A stretch of DNA of 45,657 bases from a virus: IMG/VR virus record IMGVR_UViG_3300045988_020044, positions 1 to 45,657 of that record. One strand, 5' to 3'. Shown piece after piece: positions 14,114 through 22,563 of this stretch. Position 1 is the first letter of the stretch. Each line of letters begins with the position of its first letter. Made by a program: the position numbers and the translations under genes. Under the pieces are notes generated by a model. It worked only from the letters and a program-made list of their open reading frames with translations, had not been told where the DNA came from and ran no database searches.

Positions 14114-15362
14114 GAATCCGATTAATCTGGATGAAATTATAGCTCCTGCCTTTTACAATGTGTTCTGGGACATTTTGGACGGAAAACACACCTATTATGA
14201 TTTGTATGGTGGGCGCGGATCTACTAAATCATCTTTTGTAGGTGTAATGATTCCTTTCCTGATGATGCAGGACGCAGAGAACGGTATAATGTCAAATGCT
14301 GTTATCTTCCGTAAAGTTGGAAACACACTTCGAGAATCCGTTTATGAACAGATAGCATGGGGAATTGACGCACTCGGAGTCAATGAACTATGGGACACCA
14401 GTGTAAGCCCTATGCAGTACACTTATAAGCCTACTGGACAGAAAATCATATTCAGAGGACTGGACAAGGCAAAAAAGACTAAATCTATTAAAGCAAGCAA
14501 GGGATATTTCAAGTATCTCTGGTTCGAGGAACTTGACGAATTTTCGGGCATTGAAGAAATTCGTACAGTGCAGCAGTCAGTCCTTCGAGGCGGCAGTAAG
14601 TTTGTTGTATTTAAGACATTCAATCCGCCAATTAGCCGGAGTAACTGGACGAATGTGTATGTAGAAGAGCCACGAGACGACAGCTACAGGCATAAGAGCG
14701 ATTACAGATCAGTTCCTGTTGAATGGCTTGGACAGCAATTTATTGATGATGCGGAGCATCTTAAAAAGACAAATCCAAGAGCCTATCAGCATGAATATCT
14801 TGGATTACCTGTCGGACTCGGTACAAATATCTTTGAGTTGTTGGAAATCCGAACGATTCCAGACGAAGAAATTCAGAAGTATCAAAGTATCTATCAGGGA
14901 CAAGACTGGGGATGGTACCCGGATCCCAAAGCGTTTATTCGTGTGGCTTATGTGCCTAATCAGGACAAAGTTATCCTGCTGGATGAGCTTGGCGGATGTA
15001 AAATTCGAAATACAGTAATGGCTGGCCAGATAAAACAAAAGGGATACGATGATTATTCAATATCTTGCGGAGTTGATGAAGAAGAAAGCATTATTGACTT
15101 CCGAGATGCAGGGCTTCCAGCACGTAGGGCTATTGTTACACCGGGAAGCCGCAAATATACTTTTGAGTGGTTACAGTGCCGAACATTAGTCATTGATCCG
15201 GCACGAACGCCGAGAGCATACAAGGAAATTATCAATTATGAACACGAAGTAGATAGCAATGGAGAAGTTATCGCAGATTATCCAGATGGTAACGATCACT
15301 GGATAGATTCTCTCAGGTATGCGACAAGTCCATTGTCGATGAGAAGGGGGTACAGTGCATAA
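14106..15362 (+). CDS. terL: terminase large subunit (PBSX/Terminase_3-like)
   Basis: Walker A GGRGSTKSS, 418 aa, sits between TerS and the portal. Confidence 0.9.
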   Translation: MNENPINLDEIIAPAFYNVFWDILDGKHTYYDLYGGRGSTKSSFVGVMIPFLMMQDAENGIMSNAVIFRKVGNTLRESVYEQIAWGIDALGVNELWDTSVSPMQYTYKPTGQKIIFRGLDKAKKTKSIKASKGYFKYLWFEELDEFSGIEEIRTVQQSVLRGGSKFVVFKTFNPPISRSNWTNVYVEEPRDDSYRHKSDYRSVPVEWLGQQFIDDAEHLKKTNPRAYQHEYLGLPVGLGTNIFELLEIRTIPDEEIQKYQSIYQGQDWGWYPDPKAFIRVAYVPNQDKVILLDELGGCKIRNTVMAGQIKQKGYDDYSISCGVDEEESIIDFRDAGLPARRAIVTPGSRKYTFEWLQCRTLVIDPARTPRAYKEIINYEHEVDSNGEVIADYPDGNDHWIDSLRYATSPLSMRRGYSA

Positions 15363-15363
15363 A

Positions 15364-15522
15364 ATGTTAGATAGGTACTTTTCAGATAAAATAAATAAAT
15401 TCTTAAGCATCGGTTTAAAAATATATGGATCATCTGACATTAACGAAATCTTAAAAGTTGTAGAATATGAAGACATTATTGTGCGAGATACTCCTGTAAG
15501 ATGGATGGATTTTAAAAGGTAG
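15364..15522 (+). CDS. small hypothetical ORF (52 aa)
   Basis: Hand-read MLDRYFSDKINKF...; weak SD. Confidence 0.3.
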   Translation: MLDRYFSDKINKFLSIGLKIYGSSDINEILKVVEYEDIIVRDTPVRWMDFKR

Positions 15523-15527
15523 ATTAA

Positions 15528-16976
15528 ATGGGACTTATAACAACACTAAAAAGGTGGTTTAACATGATTTTCAAAAAACAAGCCGAAGAGGACTTTAATA
15601 TCCAGGCGGCAGAATTCCCGGAGATGGAATCACTGATTAACCGGTGTGCGAACATCTATAGGGGTGCGCCGGAATGGCTGGATGATGAGGATAATATCAA
15701 GACGATCAATTTCGCGAAAACTGTCTGCTCAGAGACAGCACGGCTCACAACGCTGGCAATCGGCATCCAGATCGGCGGTTCCGCAAGGGCTACATGGCTT
15801 CAGAAACAGATTAACAAGGTATATTTTCAGATACGTCACTGGGTAGAGTACGGTTGCGCCTATGGAACGGTTTTCATCAAGCCGAACGGTGAGAGCCTTG
15901 ACGTATTTACTCCGGCAGATGTGATGATTGTGGATTATGACAATCAGGAAATAAAAGGGATTATATTCAAGGATTCTTATACTGTTGGACGAAAATACTA
16001 TACACGGCTTGAATATCATCGTTTTGTTGAAACCACCGTGGACGGCGTGACAACTTACCCATATTATGTTTCTAATAGAGCCTATGTATCAAAATCCCCT
16101 CAGTCAATTGGCAATAAGATTGACCTTAAACAGACCAAATGGGCTGATCTCATGGCAGATACGCCACCGATTCTCAAGGCAAACGGAGAAAAGCTGGACG
16201 GACCGCTTTTCGGAGTTCTACGGACGCCACAGGCGAACAATGTGGATATTAGCACACCACTGGGCTTGCCGGTTTTTGCTGAAGGCATTGAGGAGCTGGG
16301 AGACATTGATGTTGCGTATAGTCGGAACGCGGGGGAAATTAAAGACTCTCAGAAGATTGCTCTGTTAGATGATAGACTACTGATGCCAAGCGGTACACCT
16401 GTTTCAGCCATGTCACCACGAGGTATGGAGAACAGGCGAAACGAGATGAAATTGCCGCATTATGTCAAGAACGTGTTCGGACAGGACGAAAAAGAGTTTT
16501 ATCAGGAAATCAATCCACAGCTCAACACGGATGCACGGTTGGCCGGAATCAATGCGCTACTGTCACAGCTTAGCTACAAATGTGGATTTAGCAGTGGTTA
16601 TTTTGTGTTTAACGAGAAAACTGGAATGGTGACGGCTACGCAGGTGGAAGCGGACGACCGCCGGACAATTCAGTTTATTAAGGACGTTCGGGATAAGCTG
16701 GAGGATTGTCTGAATGGCGTAATCTATGCACTCAATGTTTTTGCCGACCTGTACGATCTAACTCCGGTGGGCGTTTATGAAACAACATACGACTTCGGAG
16801 ACATAACCTACAACAGAGAAGAAGACCGTGCAAGATGGTGGCAGTATGTTGTACAGGGAAAGGTTCCAGCATGGCTGTTTTTCGTAAAATTTGAAGGAAT
16901 GACCGAGGAAGATGCGAAAGCAATGGTCAAAGAAGCTCAGCCAGACGAACCGACTTTGTTCGGCGATGAGGAATAA
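15528..16976 (+). CDS. portal protein
   Basis: 482 aa, directly after TerL and before the head-morphogenesis gene. Confidence 0.8.
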   Translation: MGLITTLKRWFNMIFKKQAEEDFNIQAAEFPEMESLINRCANIYRGAPEWLDDEDNIKTINFAKTVCSETARLTTLAIGIQIGGSARATWLQKQINKVYFQIRHWVEYGCAYGTVFIKPNGESLDVFTPADVMIVDYDNQEIKGIIFKDSYTVGRKYYTRLEYHRFVETTVDGVTTYPYYVSNRAYVSKSPQSIGNKIDLKQTKWADLMADTPPILKANGEKLDGPLFGVLRTPQANNVDISTPLGLPVFAEGIEELGDIDVAYSRNAGEIKDSQKIALLDDRLLMPSGTPVSAMSPRGMENRRNEMKLPHYVKNVFGQDEKEFYQEINPQLNTDARLAGINALLSQLSYKCGFSSGYFVFNEKTGMVTATQVEADDRRTIQFIKDVRDKLEDCLNGVIYALNVFADLYDLTPVGVYETTYDFGDITYNREEDRARWWQYVVQGKVPAWLFFVKFEGMTEEDAKAMVKEAQPDEPTLFGDEE

Positions 16977-16979
16977 TAT

Positions 16980-17756
16980 ATGCTTAGTCCAGAGTACTTG
17001 CGCAGAATCACAGAAGGCAGTGAACAGATTGCTGAGGAGTTACACCAGTATATTATATCTGAGATTGTATCTCGAATGATGGCAAGAATCGGAAGAGGTG
17101 AGGATTATATTCTGACCAATGCCGATGCGTGGAGAATCAGAACACTACAGGAATCTGGTGAACTGTTAGAAGACATTCTGGCAGAGCTGTCTAAATATAC
17201 CAAGCGGCAGCAGGAAGAACTAAAAGAGGCGTTTGAAGATGCCGGAATCACTGCCCTCGATTATGATGATAAGATATACAAGGCGGCAGGATTAAGCCCT
17301 GTACCGCTCGAACAGTCGCCAGCTATGATAAGACTCATGGAGCGAAATATGCTTGCAACCATGGGCGAGTGGAAGAACTTCACGAGAACAACTGCAAGTG
17401 CTGCTCAGGCGTTGTATATCAACCAGTGTGACCTTGCATACAATCATGTGATGACTGGGGCAGTTGGATATACGCAAGCGATTAGAGAAGCAGTTAACAA
17501 TGTTGTAAGCAATGGCGTTACGGTAACATATCCATCCGGCAGAAAAGATACAATTGAAACAGCGGTTGCACGCTCTGTCAGAACTGGCGTGGCACAGGCG
17601 TGCGCTGATATTCAGTTGGCAAGAATGAAAGAAATGGGATATGGCTTAGTGCTGACATCGGCGCATATAGGAAGCCGCCCAAGCCATGAAGTGTGGCAAG
17701 GGCAGGTATTCTCTATAGACTGGGAAAAATTAAAAGAAATCAAGCCTTATCTTTAA
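16980..17756 (+). CDS. head morphogenesis/minor capsid protein (SPP1 gp7 / Mu F-like), N-terminal fragment
   Basis: Ends ...SAHIGSRPSHEVWQGQVFS plus a 13-aa tail. The conserved continuation YPDF...CGVNCRHHF is found at 18719..19192. Confidence 0.75.
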   Translation: MLSPEYLRRITEGSEQIAEELHQYIISEIVSRMMARIGRGEDYILTNADAWRIRTLQESGELLEDILAELSKYTKRQQEELKEAFEDAGITALDYDDKIYKAAGLSPVPLEQSPAMIRLMERNMLATMGEWKNFTRTTASAAQALYINQCDLAYNHVMTGAVGYTQAIREAVNNVVSNGVTVTYPSGRKDTIETAVARSVRTGVAQACADIQLARMKEMGYGLVLTSAHIGSRPSHEVWQGQVFSIDWEKLKEIKPYL

Positions 17757-17907
17757 CAGAATCGAGATACAATGAAATTGCTTTATCGAGTATTTTGCTG
17801 ATAGGTATTCCAGTATCATCAGAATACGATTTTAATTTTTCATAAATTTCACGATCAATAGCATTTGATATTGCTACACGGTTTTTTAAACCTCTGTTAT
17901 TTGACAT
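17740..17907 (-). CDS. ribbon-helix-helix (CopG/Arc-like) DNA-binding protein (55 aa)
   Basis: GAAAGGAG SD. MSNNRGLKNRVAISNAIDREIYEKLKSYSDDTGIPISKILDKAISLYLDSVKDKA shows the strand-helix-helix pattern. Not in the ORF track (<60 aa). Confidence 0.65.
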   Translation of the reverse strand: MSNNRGLKNRVAISNAIDREIYEKLKSYSDDTGIPISKILDKAISLYLDSVKDKA

Positions 17908-17931
17908 TTTATTCAACTCCTTTCATACTAA

Positions 17932-18009
17932 AGTTTATCATAACTTTCAACTACTTGCAATTAAAATAAAATAATGATATAATTGAATGTAGATAAATGC
18001 AGTTGAAAG
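17932..18009. promoter_or_regulatory. back-to-back promoters sharing a palindromic TTGCAA -35, flanked by inverted repeat CTTTCAACT/AGTTGAAAG
   Basis: Plus strand: TTGCAA (17955-60), 17 nt, TGATATAAT (17975-83). Minus strand: TTGCAA, 17 nt, TAAACT (rc of 17932-37). Inverted repeat at 17944-52 and 18001-09. Confidence 0.6.
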
Positions 18010-18020
18010 GAGAAAGCACA

Positions 18021-18701
18021 ATGACTTTTGAAGAATTTTGTATTAAAAATGGTAAAAAAGAAAAACCACTTTCAGGGAAATCCTACAGATATTCTCACGG
18101 AATGGCAGAAACTCGATTATACAAAATATGGGCAGGCATGAAAATAAGAACATCTGAAAAGGCACAGCCTCATAACAAAGTGGCGTATTTTGATAGAGGA
18201 ATAACAGTATGTGATGAATGGAAAGAATTCAAACCTTTTTTATTATGGGCTTACACAAGCGGGTACGAAAAAGAACTTACAATAGACAGGATAGATGTTA
18301 ATAAAGGGTATTCTCCTGATAATTGTCGGTGGGTGCCATTAGAATGGCAAAACAACAACAAACAAAGCAGTTGGAAAATTAAATACCAAGGAGATACAAA
18401 AACCGTAGGTGAATGGGAACATTTCTTTGGCGTTCATCGTGAATATATAAGAAAAAGGCTTAATCATGGATGGACTTTTGACGAAATTGTAGAAAACATA
18501 AAAAATCCCACAACATTAAACAAGAACAATAAAAGTGGTATAAAGGGAGTTTTATTTGACAATAATCATTCAAAATGGAGAGCTTATATTTCTGTAGGCG
18601 GAAAACGCGTAGAAGATCGAGTTTTTAAAACCAAAGAAGAAGCAGTGATGGCAAGGAAACAAATGGAATTAAAATATTGGGGATATACAAATATTGAGTA
18701 A
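18021..18701 (+). CDS. HNH homing endonuclease with AP2 DNA-binding domain
   Basis: LTIDRIDVNKGYSPDNCRWV (HNH_3-like). GIKGVLFDNNHSKWRAYISVGGKRV...FKTKEEAVMARKQMELKYWG (AP2-like). Confidence 0.8.
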   Translation: MTFEEFCIKNGKKEKPLSGKSYRYSHGMAETRLYKIWAGMKIRTSEKAQPHNKVAYFDRGITVCDEWKEFKPFLLWAYTSGYEKELTIDRIDVNKGYSPDNCRWVPLEWQNNNKQSSWKIKYQGDTKTVGEWEHFFGVHREYIRKRLNHGWTFDEIVENIKNPTTLNKNNKSGIKGVLFDNNHSKWRAYISVGGKRVEDRVFKTKEEAVMARKQMELKYWGYTNIE

Positions 18702-18718
18702 TTATGGGGTGGCTATTT

Positions 18719-19192
18719 ATGAATAAAAAACATACTTATCCTGATTTTATTGAAAATTGTCATTATGGCGAAGCCGATGGAATATGTGGAGTAAATTGCA
18801 GGCATCATTTTTCGGTTTGGGTGGAAGGAATGCCGAATCCCTATGCGGAATTATCAGCGCAGGACAAAGCCGACAAAGGTAAACAGTACGAAAAAGAACA
18901 GCGGCAACGTACTTATGAACGGAGAATCCGCAAAACGAAGAGAGAAGTTCTCGGAATGCAAGCGGCGGTTAATAACTGCAAGGACGAACAGGCAAGATTT
19001 GCACTCCAACAAGACCTTGACCGGAAGTCTTATCTCTTACAGAAACAAAATGCTGCATACAAAGATTACTGCAAACAGAATGGCCTGAGGGAACTGCAAG
19101 ACCGCCTTATGATTGCGAAGTGGAACCGTCAGAACGCCGCAAAAGCCAGAGGAGCGGCAAAGAGATATAAAACAGCAAAGGGGATTGACTGA
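18719..19192 (+). CDS. head morphogenesis/minor capsid protein, C-terminal fragment
   Basis: MNKKHTYPDFIENCHYGEADGICGVNCRHHF. GGGGTGG SD lies 6 nt before ATG 18719 (an alternative ATG is at 18704). Confidence 0.7.
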   Translation: MNKKHTYPDFIENCHYGEADGICGVNCRHHFSVWVEGMPNPYAELSAQDKADKGKQYEKEQRQRTYERRIRKTKREVLGMQAAVNNCKDEQARFALQQDLDRKSYLLQKQNAAYKDYCKQNGLRELQDRLMIAKWNRQNAAKARGAAKRYKTAKGID

Positions 19193-19578
19193 TGGATAGA
19201 TGGGAATATTTCAATCCAAATCCTGTTAAGGATAAGAGAACAGGAGATTGCGTTGTCCGGGCAATATGTAAAGCAACTGGCTTCGACTGGGAAACAGTAT
19301 TCGCCGGATTAATGATACAGGCATGTACTCTGTCAGATATGCCGAGCGCAAATTATGTCTGGGGAGCGTACCTCTATAAGCATGGATACAGGCGAAAACT
19401 GATTGAACAGTCGGAGCGATATATTTATACAGTCAATGACTTTTGCGCAGATCATCCAACAGGCACATACATTCTCTGTATAGATGGTCATGTGGTGACA
19501 GTGCAAGAAGGCAAATATTTCGATACATGGAATAGCGGAAACGAAATACCGATTTATTATTGGGAAAAAAATGGATAA
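19192..19578 (+). CDS. hypothetical protein with a papain-like Cys...His...Asp pattern (putative cysteine peptidase/amidase)
   Basis: TGDCVVRAI ... IDGHVVTV ... YFDTW; assignment is tentative. Confidence 0.35.
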   Translation: MDRWEYFNPNPVKDKRTGDCVVRAICKATGFDWETVFAGLMIQACTLSDMPSANYVWGAYLYKHGYRRKLIEQSERYIYTVNDFCADHPTGTYILCIDGHVVTVQEGKYFDTWNSGNEIPIYYWEKNG

Positions 19579-19588
19579 ATATCCACTA

Positions 19589-20143
19589 TTATGTTTTATT
19601 GTATTTCCACACAAAACCTTTGTGAGTTCGACGTTCACCACGACAGCAACGACTGATGCTATCTTTTCGACCGTTTACGTGGTCTGCGGCATCTTCTGCG
19701 CAACTCCACTCAGCGATAAAATGATTGTTTAAGTCATATTGATAAACAACTTTTGCTCTTGGACTGTTTCCTCTCTTATAATTTCCATGAGGAGGGACAG
19801 AAGCGGAGCGCAATCCTGTATTTATTGCATGAAAAGTGTTTTCTTGTTTCGTGACCCATTCAAGATTATCAACAGTATTGTTTTTCTTGTTCCCGTCAAT
19901 ATGATTCACTACTTCTTTTTGTTCCACGTTCGGAATAAATGCCTCTGCAACAAGGCGGTGAACGAGATAGTTCTTACGTTTGTAATTAACAACAAGTGTT
20001 ACTCTATCGTAACCATCGTTTTCAAAAGGAGTCAAATACTTGCATCCTTTATTGTAATTTCTCCTTGCACTAATAATATTGCCAAGATTGCTTATTTTGT
20101 ATAATCCTTCATAACCGACAACATCTTTCCAAATTTCTTGCAT
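19589..20143 (-). CDS. free-standing HNH homing endonuclease (NUMOD4 plus HNH_3)
   Basis: EIWKDVVGYEGLYKISNLGNI and VNHIDGNKKNNTVDNLEWVT. Paralog of 31168..31710. Confidence 0.85.
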   Translation of the reverse strand: MQEIWKDVVGYEGLYKISNLGNIISARRNYNKGCKYLTPFENDGYDRVTLVVNYKRKNYLVHRLVAEAFIPNVEQKEVVNHIDGNKKNNTVDNLEWVTKQENTFHAINTGLRSASVPPHGNYKRGNSPRAKVVYQYDLNNHFIAEWSCAEDAADHVNGRKDSISRCCRGERRTHKGFVWKYNKT

Positions 20144-20286
20144 AAAAATAACACCTGTCCTTTCAGTGTGCGTGTCCTATTGATAAATGTACGGAAATCT
20201 CTAGGACATGAGACTTTCGGGAGCTACCCTATCCGTACACAAATATTATATCACAAATCAATGAAATATTAAAGAGGTATATCAAT

Positions 20287-20592
20287 ATGCATATTATTGA
20301 AGCAATACAAACAATTCTATCAATTTGTGGTGGCATTTCTATCATAGGAGGGGCGGCAGCTGTAATCTTTAAGTGGATTACACCGGCATTCCGACTTAAT
20401 AAGCGAGTAGAGACACTGGAAGAGCATGACAAGCGAGATTACGAGAGTCTTCAGAGGATTGCAGAACGAGATTCATTAATTCTGGAAGTGTTATCAACCA
20501 TGCTGGACAGTCAGATCAGTGGGAATAATGTGGAGGAATTAAAAAAAACAAAACAGAAGCTTACAAATTATCTTGCACAGAATCAACGTTAA
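20287..20592 (+). CDS. N-terminal-TM, coiled-coil protein (BhlA/holin-like architecture)
   Basis: ILSICGGISIIGGAAAVIF TM segment, then a charged helical region. Confidence 0.45.
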   Translation: MHIIEAIQTILSICGGISIIGGAAAVIFKWITPAFRLNKRVETLEEHDKRDYESLQRIAERDSLILEVLSTMLDSQISGNNVEELKKTKQKLTNYLAQNQR

Positions 20593-20615
20593 TTGCATTA
20601 ATAAGGGGTATGCTC

Positions 20616-20816
20616 ATGAAGTTATATGTATTCACTAAGAAAGATATAGACAGGTTCTTGTTAGAGTGTAATTTTACGCCGGACGAAGAAAGACTGTTCC
20701 GGCTGAGATGTAAAGAATATACGCTTGAATACTGTGCTGAACAGATGAATGTGAGCATATCTACGGCGAAACGATTGAGCCGCCGGGTAAATAATAAAAT
20801 AATTAAAGTATGCTGA
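20616..20816 (+). CDS. sigma-70 region-4-like HTH protein (candidate late-gene activator)
   Basis: TPDEERLFRLRCKEYTLEYCAEQMNVSISTAKRLSRRVNNKI resembles sigma r4/LuxR-type HTHs. Confidence 0.55.
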   Translation: MKLYVFTKKDIDRFLLECNFTPDEERLFRLRCKEYTLEYCAEQMNVSISTAKRLSRRVNNKIIKVC

Positions 20817-20837
20817 TACTTTTCAGATACTTATATG

Positions 20838-20870
20838 GGTCTTAGACGAACTGTCTAAGGCTCTTTTTTT
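20838..20870 (+). terminator. rho-independent terminator
   Basis: Stem CTTAGAC/GTCTAAG (20841-47 and 20853-59) followed by a T7 run at 20864-70. Confidence 0.8.
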
Positions 20871-20891
20871 ATGTAAAAATATAGCTATAGA

Positions 20892-20924
20892 AAGTCATAG
20901 AATAAGTCATAGAATAAGTCATAG
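20892..20924 (+). repeat. tandem 12-mer AAGTCATAGAAT x2.75, abutting the SD of the next gene
   Basis: Read directly; copies start at 20892, 20904 and 20916. Confidence 0.9.
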
Positions 20925-20936
20925 GAGGTGTACGAG

Positions 20937-21407
20937 ATGGCATTATATAATAATCCTTATCAATATAGTTTTGGTGTTCCGGGACAGATGAATCAATTTC
21001 AGCAACAGCCTGTCCAGATGCCAGCTCAACCAGTACAGCAACCACAACAGAACAATAATGGTATCCTGTGGGTATCTGGTGAAGTGGGTGCAAAATCCTA
21101 TCTGGTAGCACCCGGGACAAGTGTTTTACTAATGGACAGTGAAAGTGAAAAGTTCTACATAAAATCCACAGACGTTTCCGGTATGCCACAGCCGTTACGG
21201 ACGTTTGAATATCACGAGGTAGGCACTCAGATGCCGCCTAAACAGCCTGCTCAGAACATGGACAGTAAATATGTTACTCGACAGGAATACGATGATTTGA
21301 AAGGCAAATACGAAGCTATCATAAACCGATTAAATTCTTTTTCTGAACCTGTTAGGGCTAATACCGTACAGGAATCAGCGGTCAAGGGAGGAAATGCAGA
21401 TGAGTAA
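20937..21407 (+). CDS. hypothetical protein with Q/P-rich N-terminus (156 aa)
   Basis: GGAGGTG SD; QQQPVQMPAQPVQQPQQNNNG followed by a globular region. Confidence 0.65.
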   Translation: MALYNNPYQYSFGVPGQMNQFQQQPVQMPAQPVQQPQQNNNGILWVSGEVGAKSYLVAPGTSVLLMDSESEKFYIKSTDVSGMPQPLRTFEYHEVGTQMPPKQPAQNMDSKYVTRQEYDDLKGKYEAIINRLNSFSEPVRANTVQESAVKGGNADE

Positions 21408-21621
21408 TCCATTATTCAATGCCCTCGGTGGTGGAATGCCACAGGGAAACGGACCAATGCAGATGATACAGCAGTTTATGCAGTTTAAGCAGAATTTTAA
21501 GGGAGACCCGAAAGCAGAAGTTGAGAAGATGTTACAGTCTGGGAAGATTTCCCAACAACAGCTTAATCAGGTTCAGCAGATGGCAGGACAGTTCCAAAGC
21601 CTGCTGAAAGGAATGAAATAG
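21400..21621 (+). CDS. small Q-rich hypothetical protein (73 aa)
   Basis: GGAGGA SD; MSNPLFNALGGGMPQGNGPMQMIQQFMQF... Confidence 0.6.
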   Translation: MSNPLFNALGGGMPQGNGPMQMIQQFMQFKQNFKGDPKAEVEKMLQSGKISQQQLNQVQQMAGQFQSLLKGMK

Positions 21622-21673
21622 TACATTACAATCTGGCCAGATTGATGTAAATACACAAAAAGGAGATTATATT

Positions 21674-22453
21674 ATGGATGGAAATTATAGCTTAGCAGAT
21701 ATTGCCGCTGCTACTGGAAATAGTAGAAATAATGATGGCATGTTTGGTGGAGATGGTAGCTGGTGGATTATTGTTTTATTCATCTTTGCTTTCTTCGGAT
21801 GGGGAAATAATGGCTGGGGCAATAATGGAAACGGCGGCGGATATGCAGCCACAGCAGCTACTCAGGCAGATATTCAGAGAGGATTCGACAATTCTGCAGT
21901 GATCAGCAAGCTTGACGGAATCAATAACGGTCTCTGTGACGGATTCTATGCAGTGAATAACGGTATGCTTACCGGATTTAACGGAATCAACACCAATATC
22001 ATGCAGACTGGTTTTGGAATCCAGCAGGCAATCAATGCCGATACTGTAGCCAATATGCAGAACACAAATGCGCTCCAGGCACAGCTTGCGAACTGCTGTT
22101 GTGAAACCAGGGAAGCTATCCAGGGCGTAAATTACAATATGGCCACCAACACTTGTGCAATCCAGAACACCATGAACAGCAACACAAGAGACATTATTGA
22201 CAGCCAGAACGCTGGAACAAGAGCCATTCTTGATTATCTTTGCAATGAAAAGATTTCTAACCTGCAGGCTGAAAACAATGACCTTAGACGTGCTGCTTCT
22301 CAGGACCGCCAGAGCGCACTTCTCACAACTGCAATGGCTTCACAGACACAGCAGCTTATTAATGCGATTAATCCGGCACCGATTCCGGCATATCAGGTTC
22401 CTAACCCGAACACATATTACGGATGCGGATGCAACACTGGATGTAATTGCTGA
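21674..22453 (+). CDS. single-pass membrane protein, N/G/Q-rich with a Cys-rich C-terminus (259 aa)
   Basis: TM segment WWIIVLFIFAFFGW, GWGNNGWGNNGNGGG, CCC, and terminal YYGCGCNTGCNC. Confidence 0.65.
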   Translation: MDGNYSLADIAAATGNSRNNDGMFGGDGSWWIIVLFIFAFFGWGNNGWGNNGNGGGYAATAATQADIQRGFDNSAVISKLDGINNGLCDGFYAVNNGMLTGFNGINTNIMQTGFGIQQAINADTVANMQNTNALQAQLANCCCETREAIQGVNYNMATNTCAIQNTMNSNTRDIIDSQNAGTRAILDYLCNEKISNLQAENNDLRRAASQDRQSALLTTAMASQTQQLINAINPAPIPAYQVPNPNTYYGCGCNTGCNC

Positions 22454-22517
22454 TAACTTCATATCGAGAGTATCTTTCGATCGATTCGGATGTCGGCTTA
22501 TGCCGTATTACACATAG

Positions 22518-22541
22518 GGGCAGGCTAGAACCTGTCCTTTT
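22518..22541 (+). terminator. rho-independent terminator
   Basis: Stem GGGCAGG/CCTGTCC (one G-U pair), 6-nt loop, TTTT. Confidence 0.55.
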
Positions 22542-22563
22542 GTGATATGAAAGGAGTATTTTT

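Larger units (their letters stand above)
17757..18703. mobile_element. homing-endonuclease cassette (RHH regulator plus HNH-AP2 endonuclease) splitting the head-morphogenesis gene
   Basis: The insertion lies between the two halves of one conserved protein and carries its own divergent promoters. Confidence 0.7.

Noticed and set aside
20892-20924. CRISPR array or DGR template/variable repeat pairs anywhere in the window
   Set aside because: The only tandem repeats are 12-nt and 36-nt units with fewer than 3 copies and no spacers. No reverse transcriptase gene is present.
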